The notes: a model not told the origin generated them from the letters alone. A stretch of DNA of 64,000 nucleotides from Nageia nagi (GCA_050084985.1 JBITNC010000001.1:86490001-86554000), one strand, 5' to 3'; positions 14,147 through 28,540 are shown, counted from the first letter of the stretch. A program made the numbers and translations.

Positions 14147-14227
14147 CAATGGAATATATGATAAATTACAAACACAATATTATTATGTAGATACATTATT
14201 ACCAATAATAAATAATATTTCCAAGTT

Positions 14228-15655
14228 TGTTAGTCACATAATGATATTGAGAAGGGGGTGAATTAGTGTCTTAATCTTTAAAAATTCAAACCTAGAGTAC
14301 TTGAAATAATGTAATATAAAACTAAAACTAAAACAAAATAAGTACACCAAGGAAGCATCACACTACAAAGGATATAGTGAGGTTTACCATTCTAGCTACA
14401 TTCTTAAATAATACTTTTTGGATCATGGTCCAAATCTATCCCTTGTAAAGATCCAACTTTATAATCAATTTACCAGCACCAACTAGAAGGAGCACCAACC
14501 CCTACAATTTATAAGCACCAAATGGAAGGAACACTAACCCCTCTTACCAATCACCCACTTGATTTTCAATTCTAAAATAATAATTTGATATAAATATACC
14601 TTCTCTTTTACAATACCTTGTCTGGTCTATAACTCACTAATCTCTATAATTTTTTGGTTTGTTGCATTCAACTAGCTATAGAAAAATATTCTAATCTTTC
14701 TTTCTTCCTCTTTTTCTCTATATCCCTAATCTCCACTTAATTCAATACATTTTTGTTACTTATCATACTACCCAACATGGGGAAGAGTTACACTAAACAA
14801 AAACATAACTATCTATCTTACAAGAATCATCAGTTACAACCACTTCATATTCAATTACAAAAATAGAGAATAAAAATAGAATCCCATTTACAAAAATATT
14901 CATAACTATTGATACATATATTAAAATGTAATACAAACATCACCAATGAATTTCTCACATTTGGTAGATGCAAAATGAGTGGTCATACAACCATATTTTC
15001 TCAAGAAATGAGCATTTTACAATCATTTTCATAATTGTAGGCTAGGATATACACCCAAACTATATTGATATATGTCCATGATTTATCTAGTTATATGATA
15101 TATGTTCAAAATATATCTAAGTGCATGATATATTCCCAAAATATACCTTGTAACATTTTTCATCATTAGATAAGCTTTATATTGCCCAAAATTAATCTAG
15201 ATGCATGATATACACTTAGAACATATCTAAGTGCATGATATATTTCCAAAATATACCAATAACATTTTCTATCATCAAATAAGCTTTGTATATACCCATA
15301 ATTAATCTAAATACATGATATATTCCCAAATTATATCTAAGTGCATGATATACATCCAAAATATACCTAAAGATATTTTTGATCATCGAACAAGTAAGAT
15401 ATACACCCATGATGTAATGGTCAAGATATATGCCCATGATATATCAATTGATGTCCAATCTACATAATTGATTATCTAGACTACATAATACTACAACTGT
15501 TCATAATTTCTTGATTGTAACAATTCCAAATTGTAACAATTCCAAATTGTAACAATTCCAAATTGTAACAATTCCTATGTTGACACTGATGATTCATTCC
15601 TTTGATCACTCTTGCAATTCCTATATTGACAATGATGATATCATGTAGTCCAACA
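14228..15655 (-). repeat. 3' LTR (1428 bp) with internal tandem arrays
   Basis: TGTTAG...CAACA termini; aligns with 21123-22215. Extra catgatata/atctaag array at ~15050-15400 and 16-mer ttgtaacaattccaaa x3.8 at 15515-15575. Confidence 0.88.
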
Positions 15656-15972
15656 ATACCTGATTTGGAATTATTGGCAACACACTTTCACACCCATATT
15701 GCTCTTCTCACCCTTTTCCAATTACAATGATAAAGTTGCAAATTATGGCAATCATAATCAATTATGAATCAGCAAAAAATTACATAGTCTCAACATAACA
15801 AAGAACAAAAATGCAAACAACATCCTTTTACATAAACAACAAAAACACTCATAATTATTCCCCCTTACTTTAACCACATTATCCTCAAGAAAGGAAAATA
15901 AAAAAATGATTAAGAGTATTAATATAATAGAATGAAAGTGCTACCCTAGAGGTTGTGTTCTTCAAGAATCGA

Positions 15973-17068
15973 TTAATTATTGGTGAGTGTAACCACTCCT
16001 AAGTTTTTCCTCAAGTATTCAAAAGTATATTTTGGTATTGATTTGATAAAAATATCAGTAACATTATCTAAATTGGGTACAAACTCTATTTTTACTTCTC
16101 CTTTAGCTACTTTTTCATCTTTTTTTAAAAACTGATACCTTATTGCAATATGCTTTGTTCTTGAGTGCATAACTGGATTTTTAGAAATATTTATGGCTGA
16201 AGTATTATCAAAAAGCAAAGAAATAGGATTAGTACATATTATTACAAGATATTTTAAGCTTTGTTTCATCCATAATACCTATGTACAACAAGATGTTGTT
16301 GCAATATACTCTACCTTTACTCTAGATAAAGACATTGAATCTTATTTTTTGCTATGCCATGAAACTAGATTTTCTCCAAGGTAAAATGCACCACCACTAG
16401 TGCTCTTTCTATCATCCATACACCTAGCCCAACCAACATCTGAGTAAGTAAATAAAGTAAAATCTATACTTTTTAGATATCACAATTCAAATTCCATAGT
16501 GCCTTTCAAATATCTAAAAATCCTCTTTACTTCTTGCACATGCACTTCCTTTGGATCAGCTTGGAATCTAGTAACCATGCAAATAACTTGCAATATATAT
16601 GATCTTGTAGAAGTCAAATATAATAAACTACCAATCATGGACTTGTACAAGGTATGATCAACACTTGGTGAATCATCCATTTCACTCAATCTACAATTGG
16701 TTGTCATGGGTGTACCAATAGGTTTACTTTACTCCATGCTGAATTTCTTCAACATATCCTTAACATACTTGACTTGGGAGATAAAAATTCCTTTTTCTTT
16801 TTGAGTCACTTGCAAGCTAAGAAATTATGAAAGCTCACTATCATTTACATCTCACAATCCTTCTTCATTTTGTTTGTAAAATCATTACAAAGTTCATTTT
16901 TGCTGCCACCAAAAATACATTTTCATTTTTGACATACCAATTACTACCAACTATCCCTTGTTTGAATCCATGTTCTAAAAATTACTTATCCAATATAGCA
17001 CACCAAGCTCTTAGATCTTGTTTTAATCCATACAAATCCCTTTTCAATTTACATACCATGTTAGGGTC
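15973..17068 (-). pseudogene. Ty1/Copia RT (C-terminal part) plus RNase H fragment, with the YVDD motif deleted
   Basis: Translates to DPNMVCKLK.DLYGLKQ..RAW, YKSMIGSLLYLTSTR, DRKSTSGGAF and DNTSAINISKNPVMHSRTKHI...FEYLRKNLGV*. The segment that should hold YVDD is missing just before IFGGS (~16915). Confidence 0.92.
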
Positions 17069-19399
17069 ATCTCCCCCTTTGGTATTGTTGTCAAAAATTT
17101 AGTCATATTCTTGTCTCCCCCTTTTCATCAATAATGACAAATGTGCATGCTTTAATCATGAGGGCACTTTATGACTACAAATCACTTAAGCAACTCAATG
17201 GCAAGTTCCATATAAGTACACATCAATACAACAACATAGATTCATGCTAATATCTCACTTTATCATCTTCAACAACATCAATGACCTAGTAAATAATAGC
17301 AACAATAATGATAACAAGAGTACCTATGCATATAAGGGTAAGCATTTCATCCTCACACCAAATAATTGGCACACAAAATGCATCATCATAGTTGTAGCAT
17401 TGGCCTATTAAATTTTTATATCACCTTCCACCAACAATATTGACTTTCCAATGATGCAAGCATAAACACCATGTATCCAATCAACAACAATAATAACAAT
17501 GTTATAACAATACTAATGGTAGAAATAGAGGCATATAAGCATCCAAGAAATGCCTTAAAACAACAACACTTTAATCCATAGTAACAATAACATCCACTGA
17601 TACAAAAAAACCTTCAAGAGAAATTAACATAATAACATTCTATAATCCTTTATCACCAAGTGTCAGCTTCTTTAATGATCTTCATTCTTATCTCCTTTCA
17701 TCGTGCATACAAATAAACAAGCATAGTAAGCCCATATGGTGTGATAACACTAATCACATATTTAAATCTCATTTTTTCATTTATTTAAATATTCACATAA
17801 ATTCATAGTCATATCACCTTCTATGTGAATACAAATAAATACAGTTTCACTTATCCATAGTCATACAAAATGCACCATTTTATGGAGACACTATGCCCAT
17901 GTTAACTTTAACATTCATAGTTTGTGCACTATAGTAACTTGACATTGAATATTGTGACATCTTTGACATCATACAGTTAGTATTAATAGCTTCAACATTA
18001 CATATAGTTCAACATCACTATATTACTCTTCCTTAGTCCATCTACTAAAGCTACCAACCTCTTTAAGGTACACACAAGTATGCTAATAAGAGATCTAGTA
18101 TCCATGGGCTATGTATAATAATACAAACCATTCACAATTATGATATCTTTTCCAAACCTAAGTATTATCCATAAACAACTCCACAATGGTCAAACATGAT
18201 CACCATCTTCTTAACAATTACAATAACTTAATTATTATCTCTAAGCTTCTCTTTCCATGTATTTGCATTACATCTAGTTGATAACACTAGCAATTTGATA
18301 CCTTTTATATGTGGCACTAGTTTCCAATAGTAACACATGCAATGGCAAATACTAATGACATCTTCCCATCATTATCAATTAGTATATCAGCACCAAGATC
18401 ACTTCACATGCAAGGCTTTTAAAACTTAGCTTCACTAAGAGGAATATAGTTGGCTATAATGGAGATATATTAGCCCCATAAACCAAGCTAAAGATCATGA
18501 TGTAATTAAAAGCTTGCTCCCCTTTTATCAATAATTTCAAGGGTTCATGTTGGGGAATATTTGAACTCTTCATCACAAAGGGCTCCATCCAATAGTATTT
18601 GTGATCACTATCCTTCATTAAACATAACAAACTCAAACCAAGAATGATTTCTCCTCTCTCTATGCACATGAACCAAGACTAGATGTACATTAGCATTTCA
18701 AGGTAGCATTATCTAACAAAAACAACCTAAGAACATTATGTCAACTTCACTCAATATCATCATAGTAGCACTATCATCTAGACATAAATTACATAAATAT
18801 AATTCAATATAAACATATTACTAATAGTATTATCACCAACCATCACCCACAACATTTTGATCACAATAGTCTCTTTTTTTATCAACAAACCAAAAGTAAG
18901 ACATCAATAATCTTTTCAAACACCTTCCTCTTGAATATCGGTACTGCATAAGTTCAATCTTTAGTAGTTGAATGATATCTATGATGCATAGGATCAAAAT
19001 GGCACAACAACAGTCAAAGCTTATTCTCATAAATAGAAAGAACCAAAAACATGTTGTCAATCTTAAAATAATGATCTTGGAAACTATATAGTTGGCTCAT
19101 AAAAGAGCAAAAGCAACTCATGCAAGAGAGATAATCTTGTGAACAACACAACAATAATGGTGAAAAAATAACAACAACAATCACCAAAGGTAATAATAAC
19201 AATATTTCCAATAGGCATGTATAATAGTGAGCATCAAATTCAATAATGAAAACCATCTAACATAGATCTAGCTAGTTGTCACTAATATCCTCAAGAAAAT
19301 ATATACTCCCCCTTACTTATTACTCACCATCCTTAGGTAATTCTTACATATGTAGGAACTCTAGAATTATCTTGAACTACTCCCCTTAAGAAAGTGCCA

Positions 19400-21060
19400 C
19401 TATTGACCATGTCAATGGTGTGGACATGTGACCACTTCCAACTCTTGTCCAAACTTGCTCATCTAGCCAATGAGACATGTTTTCTCTTTATCTTTCCTTC
19501 TCCAAACCTTCTTATGCTTGGTTATGCATCTATCATCAATTTTATCTCCTTTAGCATTCTGGCCATTTCTATTTAAAGATTTTCTACTCTTCATTAATAA
19601 ATATTGAACATTCTTCATTCCTTGATGCTCATAGTAGTTTTTTATTTATTTTTGTTTCCTTATTTATGGTTGATAAAATTTCTTAGTCTAACATCCATCA
19701 TATACAAATGTGTTGCTACAAAATCTTTCCATATTCCCATAAGCATAGTAACTAAAATATTGTACATCTTGTTCAATTTGAGAGGCATATAAACCTCTAC
19801 TAGAAAAATTCTTTGGTCTAATATTTGTTATGCAATTAGCTTCTCTATGACCATATTGGTGACACCTAAAGCATTAGACATTATCATATATAAAATACCT
19901 AAATGATCTTTATTTGACTAAATATCTATTCATGAAACTTGACTTACATCTAGCTGCCTTATGACCATATTGATTACATTTGAAACAATAACTACAAAAT
20001 GCATTATTGTAGATAAGATGAGAGGGATAAAATCTAATTTGTTGATTTTTACTTGGTGTATATCTTCTTTGATATCTTCTTTGTTCTTATGGCCATCTTG
20101 ATTGATATTATTGATGAGTTTCTCCTTGATATCTTTTCTTCTTATTATTTGGTCTTCTATGCTTCAATTGATTATTTATTTTTTTATGCTCAGCTTCCTT
20201 ATCTTTTGCTAGTACCTTTTATGACATAACTTCATGCTCCTTTTTCCTTAGTCCCACATAATTTAAAGTCTTCTTTTATGTAGGTTTAAATGATGAGGGT
20301 TTCACTGCATCATATGCAAGACCAAAGTTGATCCTTGGATCTCTTTGTTATCTTAACATATCATCTAGAATCCTAGTGCTCTTATCAAACTTGATACTGG
20401 TGGATAGTTTATCATTGGATTCATCTAATTGGTTTCTCAATGAAACAACCTCTTCTTCAAGTTTTTAATGAGCAACATCTTTCTCCTTAGCTAGACAATT
20501 CAAAGCATCTTCAATTCTTTTTGTTTCTTCCACTAGCAACTTTAGATCCTTGATAACTTTATTTGCCATCTCTTCATGTCTGTTGCATTATTCCACATGT
20601 AATATTAGGGATTTATCCTTTTCCAAGGTTGCTTCTAATTGTATCTTCAAGCTTGCAAGCTCTTCATCATATTTGTTGTAAGTTTTACCACTAATACAAG
20701 GTTGTGTCTTCTTAGCCTTTTGAAGTTGTATACATAACTCTTCAAGTTGATCTCCATATTCATTCAACTTTTTGAACATTCTCATATTTTTCCTTATTTT
20801 AGCATCCCAATCTTTAAGGGCATCTATGAGCTCTACTTTAAGGTCAACTATAGCTTCTATCTCTTCATCTTCAAACTTTTCCAAGATTTTAGAATTTGTA
20901 TCTTTCTCTTCAAAGGTAGATACCTCACTTAAATATCCTTTTATTTCTATATATTCTTTCACATCTAAAACATGTCTAACATTTCTTATATAGACTCTTC
21001 AAGCTATATCTTAGCTAATTGGTGGGATTTCATTAATCCTTTTCTTTTTCCCATTGTGAC
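19400..21060 (-). pseudogene. Decayed Gag-like ORF: coiled coil followed by three CCHC zinc knuckles
   Basis: E/K-rich coiled coil (ORF 20588-20962); CFKCNQYGHKAARC (~19946-19988), CFRCHQYGHREANC (~19832-19873) and a third degenerate knuckle (~19715-19760). Confidence 0.75.
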
Positions 21061-21122
21061 TAATCCAATATCTCCCTAAGCTGGTTGAGCTTATCTTTTA
21101 GGAACCTTACTTTGATACCAAT

Positions 21123-22215
21123 TATTAGTCACAAAATGATGCTAAAAGAGGGGTGAATTAGTTTCTTAGAATTTAAAACTTCAAACCTAGAGTACTTGAA
21201 ACAATGCAATAGAAAACTAAAACCATAACAAAATAAGTACACCAAGTAAGCATCACACAACACAAAATATAATGAGGCTCATCTTTCTAGCTACATCCCT
21301 GAATAATACTTTTTGGATCATGGTCCAAATCCAACTCTTGTAAATATCTAAATATACAATTAATTTACCAACACCAATAAGAAGGAGCACCAACCTTTGC
21401 AATTTACTAGCACCAATTGGAAGGAGCACCAACCACTCTTCCCAAGAACTCACTTGGTTTTCAATTTTGAAATAAGAAGTTGACATAAAAATGCCTTCAC
21501 TTTTACAAGAACTTATCTAGTCTATAACTCATTGATCTCTATAATTTTTTGGTTTGCTACATTAATTTGGTTGTAGAATAATATTATACTCTTTATTTCT
21601 TCCTCTTTTTCTCTATATCCCCAATCTCCACTCCATTCAATATATTTTTGTTACTTACTATACTACCCAACATTGGGAGGAGTTACACTAAATAAAAATG
21701 TAATTATCCATCTTACAAGAATCATCAGTTATAAAAATAGAGAATAAAAATAGAATCCCATTCATAAAAATATTCATAACTATTGTCACACATCATTAAA
21801 TGCAATACAAACTTCACCAATGAATTATCCATGTTTGGTAGATGCAAAATGAGTTGTCACACAAACCTTTTTGCTCAAGAAATTGGCATTTTACAATCAT
21901 TTTTGTAACAACAAGCTAGGATTTATGCCCAAAACACATGATATATGCCTAGATATACTTGATGATATTTTTATCATCAAACAAGCAAGATATACACCCA
22001 TGATGTAATGCTCAAGATATACACCCATGATATATCAATTGAATATCCAATCTACATAATTGACTATGTAGACTACATAATGTTGCAACTATTCATAATT
22101 TCTTGACTATAACAATTCCAAAGTCTAACAATTCCTATGTTGACATTGATGATTCGTTCCTTTGATCACTCTTGCAATTGTTGTATTGACAATGATGATA
22201 ACTTGTAGTCTAACA
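21123..22215 (-). repeat. 5' LTR (1093 bp) of the 14228-22215 element
   Basis: Adjacent to the PBS; homologous to 14228-15655; followed by the AAGTT TSD. Confidence 0.88.
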
Positions 22216-25200
22216 AAGTTGAGACATATAGATTTCTCCCATTGCAATTTCATTGATCAAGTTATTGTATTTCTCTCTCTTAGTCCATATATAGTACTCA
22301 CCAAACTCTTCAATGTACATATAAATTAACATATCTCCACATCATTGATTAATATGCAACTAGATAATACTAAGGAAAGTAATAGATACATACAATCTTC
22401 AATAATATATGCACAATAATCATATTGATTTTGTCAACCAATAATAGCCATAATACTCATTCTATTCTATAACAAAAACAACACCCATAACCCCTCTCTT
22501 TATGAAATAATATGACAATAATGGCAATTGCTTAACATTGATTTAAATGCACTTATGGAAGAAACACCTTTTGTGTGGTAGAGGATGGATTCATGCTAAA
22601 TACATCTATGTGACATTATCATTGTCATATTTCTTTTATCAAATTAGTAGCATATGTAATGATATGAATGGTTGTAGTCAACAATAGTGACTAAGTGGCA
22701 CTACCACTATCAACTCTATTTTCAGTAAGAGAAAACACCAATAAATAATTATGACAACTCCATACTAATTTAACTCAATATATCTCCATCAGCAATAGGT
22801 TGGTAGAATAGATTACCAACAACATTATTATCAAGTGATAACAACACTTAGCTTTAGGTTTTTTGACATCAAATAATTGCACCATAAATATGATAAATTC
22901 ACTTAACACTTTATCATAATAGTGCCAATGTCAACTCATTTTATCCATGGTTTATACTCAATAGTAATAATTTTAATTAAGAAAATAAATTTACAATGAT
23001 GTATTCAACCATCACCATACACACTCATGAAACATATACTCCCCCTTAATTCTTGATCACCATACTTAGGCAATTCTTACACATGTAGGAGGTATAAACA
23101 TGTCTATAAATTGCTCCCCCTAATGATGTGCTACCATTGACCCTATCAATGATGTGAAAATATAACCACTTCCAATTTTTTTTACTCTTGTTCAAATTTA
23201 CTTAGCTGGCCAATGAGACATGTTTCCTCTTCATCTTTCCTTCTTTGGATCTTCTTGTGCCTAAGTATGGATCTATCATCAATTTTATCTCCTTTAGCAT
23301 TTAGACCATTTCTCTTTGGATATTGTCTTTTCTTCATTCTTAAAGATTTATCATTATTCATACCTTAATATTCATAGTAGTTTCTTTCTTATCTCTAATT
23401 CCTTCTTTATGGATGATGAAATTTCTTATTCTATTATCCATCATATACAAATGTATTTATACAAAATCTTACCATATGACCATAAGCATTGCAATTAAAA
23501 TAGTATACATCTTGTTTAATTTGAGGGGTATATAAATCTCTATCTAAGTAATTCTTTATTTGACTAAAGCATTGGACATTATCATCTAGCATAGACCTAA
23601 ATGATCTTTCTCTAACTAAATCTCTATGCATGATACTTGACTTACATATGGCTTCCTTATGATCATATTGATTTCATTTGAAATAGTAATCAACAAATGT
23701 ATTATCATAGACATGATAAGATGGATAAAACCTATTTTTTTTATTATGATTTGATACATAGCTTCTTTATTCCTATGGATAGGTTGATTAATGGTATTGG
23801 TGTGTTACTCCTTGATATCTTCTCCTTTTATTATCTAACCTTTTGTGCTTCAAATTTCCATTTGCCTTTTTGTTCTCAAGTTGTTTATCATTTATTAGTA
23901 TCTTTGATGATTTAACTTCATGATCCTTTTGCCTTGTTCTCATACCATTGAAAGTTTTCTTTTCTGCAACTTTTAGAGGATGAGGCTAGCTCTTTATCAT
24001 ATCCAAGATCAAACTTGATCTTGGGGTCTCTTTGTTATCTTAGCATGTCATTCAAAATCCTAATTCTCTTCTCAAACTTGAGGCTAATGGATAATTTTTG
24101 ATTGGCTTCTTCTAGTTATTTTCTTAATGAAATAATTTCCTCTTCAAGTTTGTGATGGGTTACATCTTTCTCCTTTATCTCTAGTGTGATGGCTTCTTCT
24201 ACTTGTAACTTTAGATCTTAGATAACTTTACTTGTTATCCCTTCATGTCTATTGCATGATTCCACATGTAATCTCAAATATTTCTCCTTTTGTAGGGTTG
24301 CTTTCAATTATATTTCCAATATGGAAAGCTCTTCATCAGATTTCCTACAGGATTTACCACTAATACAAGATTGTATCTTCTTAGCCTTTTGAAGTTATAT
24401 GTAGATATATTTAAACAAATAACCATATTCATTTAATTTCTTAGACATTCTCCTTTTCTTTCTTCTTTCATTATCCAAATATTCAAGGGAAGCTATGAGC
24501 TCTCCTTAAAAGTCAAATATAGCTTCTATCTCTTCATCTTTAGAGTCTTGTCATTTGTCAAGCTTATTTTCTTTATTCTCTATGCTTGATTTTTCATCCA
24601 AATCAATCATTTCTTGTATCTCATAGAATGTGGATGAGTTTTCAACTTTAATTTTCTCTAGTTGATCTTGAGTAGATTTAAGATCCTTCTTTATTACTAT
24701 GCTCTTTCCCATTGTAACTAATCCATGATCTCCCTAATCTAGTTAAGTTTATCTTTAAGGGATCTTCAAATGATACCAATTGCTAGTCACACAATAAAGC
24801 TAAGAGGAGGGGTGAATTAGTGTCTTAAACTTTAAACCACAAACCTATAATGCTTAAAATAATGTAGTAGAAAAACTATAACAAAATAAGATAAGTACAT
24901 CAAGATATAATCATACAACACTACATATAATGAGGTTTACCATTTAGGCTACATTCTTGGGAAGAGACTACTTGGATCATGCTCCAAATCTAGAACAATG
25001 TAAAGCACCAATGTGACATTCATTTATTGGTACCAACTAGAAGGAGCACCAACTGCAAGGATCACCAACCCCTACATTCTATAGCACCAAATATAAGGGG
25101 CATCAACCCCTACTTTACCAACAACAACTGGAAGGAGAACCAACCCCTAGGCTAAGTAGTTACTTGGACATCAAATCTAATTCACAAGTTTGACATTAAA

Positions 25201-27400
25201 ATGCCTTCACTATATACATAATCCTCACTAATATATAGCTTATCATAATACTTTTATCTATCTCTTAAGGTCTCTACAATTGATCATCATAGCTAATGTA
25301 CTACCCTCTAATCCAATCTCATTGATTTGTCTCAATAGCAACATTTGCTTATTTGATCTTTAATCTCTATTATGGTAGCATTCACCTCTCTTATACATAA
25401 TCAACATCAAAAAACACTATAATCCTGAATCAATATTTGTAAACACCCCTTTACACTCACTTCATCAAGTCATATTTTTTTGTAACATCAATGCACATGG
25501 ATGCCCTAGATTCACATTCTAGTAGTTTCAAATTTGACTATCATGCTCAGCTCTAGATGTCAACAACTAACATGTTAATATTGTAACTATTTTTTAGGTA
25601 CTCATCTTCATATCTATAGTGATTAGTTCCTCAACTATTACTACATGGTATTCATTATTAACATGATGGTTTCTCACATATGATGTACTTCCTTTAACTT
25701 TGACACTCTACATGCATACTGCATAAGCACCTTCATCACTGCATGAGGCTCTAAGTCTCTACATAAGATTATAACTATCCAGATAAGCCTTCCACATATG
25801 GTTTTTAGACTTTGCATAAGGTATGGGCTCTCTGTATAATAACTTAAGAACTCTGTATCAACTTCTACATAATACCTCACCTATTCGTATAATGTATTTC
25901 ATCTCTACATATGTAATTGCACCTCTATATAACTTAGTTCATATCTACATAAGGTTTTATTTCTCTACATAAGCCCTATCTTGACCACATAAACACTTTT
26001 GCATTCTCCCTGAGGTAATCTGCATTGAATATAGGTCATTCTATAATGTCTACTAAAGAATCCATACTTCATATAGCATTGACATCATCAAGCTCATCTA
26101 CACCCCAAAACCATAATGTTACAATGGAAATCTGTACTCTAGAAACACAAAGTTTACAACCAAAATTTGCACTTCAAAAACACAAAGTTTATAAAGGAAA
26201 TATACACTTTAGATGGAATTCACATCACCATATTTCTCTACATCCTAGAAATATAGTAATACAAAGGAAATTTGCACTCTAGAAGGTGCTAACATCACCA
26301 TTTTTCTTTACATCTTGGAAACATAGAAGTGCAAAGGAAATCCACACTCTAGAAGGTTTTGACTCACCATGTTTCTTTACACCTTGGAAACTTAGAAGTG
26401 CAAAGGAAATCTACACTCCATAAGGTCTTAATTTCATAGGATTTCCTCACATCTTGAAAGCATAGTAATACATAGGAAATTCATACTTTAGAGATTATTT
26501 ACATGGAAAGATTTCTTTGCATCCCAGATTCACATTCCTTCTTTGCATAACCATTTAAGCCTCCAGATAAAGCTTTATTTCTCTTCATCATCATCCAATG
26601 GTGTTTACCTTCACCACATCATCATCAAACAATCTTCACCTTCACAACATGATACTATTTTTTTCTGGAAAAGATCCAATAGAATTGGAGTGGACAAACT
26701 TCACCGAAATAGCCATAAAATAAAGCATCATTATACTTGGATATTTTATAGAGTATTTGAATTTGCCAAAAATTTGGTAGAATAAAGAAGACTAAATTAT
26801 GTTGAAACTTTGGTAAAATATGTTTTCTTTGTTCTTCCTTTGATAGCAACAATCTAGCTCACTTATGTCACTATAAATACAATTGGAACTTTTGTAGCTC
26901 CCTAATTCAAGTCTTTAGATTCCATTTGGTATACATTGTACATACCTAAAAAGATTGATTGAACACTTTTAATACATTTAGTACTTCCAACATACATTTT
27001 TCACCTATCGGCATAACATGTTTAACCTTTGCATAATGCTTTGGTTGATCTCATAAAGATATATCTAACTATATAACTCTTGTCTTCACCACATAGTATC
27101 TTTTCTAGTTGTATAAGCTAATCAACTACCATATAAGCTCCTAAATGCCTGCACATGATATTAAATCTCTGTGACATAAGACTTTTCATAGTCACATAAG
27201 CCTTGTTTTCCATCATGTATGCCTTCACATCATCACATAAGCCTTTACATCACTACATAAGGGATATTACCATTGCATAATAGCCTTGTTGCACTGGATG
27301 ACCTCTTTATTATCCACACAAGTTCATCCTTCACTGCATAAGTTCTCCTTCTACTGTATAAACTCTCTTTCTACCACATAAGGATCTTTGAATTTGAATA
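22216..27400 (-). mobile_element. Older related SIRE-like Copia element (5' LTR from 24781, PBS ~24771-24780, Gag-like 23100-24730) into which the 14228-22215 element inserted
   Basis: 23030-24780 is collinear with 19300-21120. tgataccaat is followed by TGCTAGTCAC...gaggggtgaattagtgtc. The right end of the LTR is uncertain. Confidence 0.75.
26120..26500 (+). repeat. ~70 bp tandem repeat, ~6 diverged copies
   Basis: ggaaat...actctaga recurs at ~26126, 26195, 26265, 26336, 26405 and 26475. Confidence 0.75.
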
Positions 27401-28409
27401 AAGGTATTGAATTTTAAATTCGAGCCTTAGAAACACACAAAGGAAATTTTGACTACTTATAACTTGTGAACTATAGCCTTTATTGAGATGCTATAAAAAG
27501 CAAAGTTAGATATTTTTGCAAGGGATATCTAAAAATGTCCTCATAATAAAAATATATGTAGTATGAATCTCAAATTTGATATGAAACTTCTTAATGCTTT
27601 TATTAGGAAAGGATGCAGTTAACATACTAGAAAAGTACACTTAACACCTTTGACTCCAATATACTGGAATTTGTGTTAAAATTTTAATAAAATTAAAATA
27701 GTCAATCAAATGTTTACATGAATAGATGACATGGGCAAATCCTAAGTATCGTATACCTTGACGCTACTTGATCAAAATCAATCTGGCAAGCTCCTAAAAA
27801 ATGTGCAAAACACTTTACCAATGCAATACATCAGATAATATAATCAAAAATCAAACAAAATCAATCAAATAATGTCAAACACAACTTATACAAATGTTAA
27901 CTCTAGCAAACGACATGACATTCAAACCACCTCAACCCACCTTACCCCAAGACTTGTCTCTTGCCTAAAAATATTATTATTAATATATATAACTTATACA
28001 AGAACTAATTAGCTTGCAATTCTTATAATAATATGAAGAAATAATCCTTTACTAGGAAATTTAATTAGTAACCATTATTATTTACAATTATTATCTTTCA
28101 AAGAATGTGCAACATCTCTAGTTGTAGAGTATTTTAATTCAAATGTAATATTAAAGCTGCAATTATTCTAAATAGAAGGGTGCAGTCACGAAGATCAGGA
28201 ACTCGATGAGAAGTCTCCTTAAGAGAGCAAAAGAATTTCTCAAAGTTGATTTGTATATTTGAAAAGATAGTTCAACAAAGGAATCGTTGTCGGTGACCTA
28301 TGCTAACTCTCGCTTAAAACTGTTATTAGCAATGAAATCCGTGGTGAAGAGAAAAGGAGTGAGATCGTTTAAAAATGTTGAGTTGAGCTTAGGTGGGTGG
28401 TAAGTTGTT

Positions 28410-28540
28410 CTAGCAGGGCGGAAGATCTGACGGTGGCGGAAGGAGAGATTGAAGAGGTCCCTTGCCATTCTTCACAACCCACGCCATCTTCAATCCCCAG
28501 CTGGTGTGAACCTCCAGATGGCAATGCATGAACCACACTC
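28410..28540 (-). CDS. LAC: Laccase (multicopper oxidase), last exon
   Basis: (G)[42 protein letters not shown], with the L4 copper motif HCHxxxH and the typical LPPPxDLPxC terminus. AG acceptor at 28541-28542; TAG at 28410-28412. Confidence 0.97.

Larger units (their letters stand above)
14228..22215 (-). mobile_element. Complete non-autonomous SIRE-like/Gymco-type Ty1/Copia element with both LTRs and a 5-bp TSD
   Basis: Homologous LTRs at 14228-15655 and 21123-22215. TSD AAGTT at 14223-14227 and 22216-22220. Met-type PBS (minus strand ttggtatcaaag, ~21110-21121). ATTCACCCC-type motif near the LTR 3' end. Gag-like and RT/RH remnants inside. Confidence 0.9.

Noticed and set aside
17145-19300. 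Env-like ORF in the SIRE-like element
   Set aside because: Only short hydrophobic ORFs caused by strand compositional skew; no continuous frame or motif that I can support.
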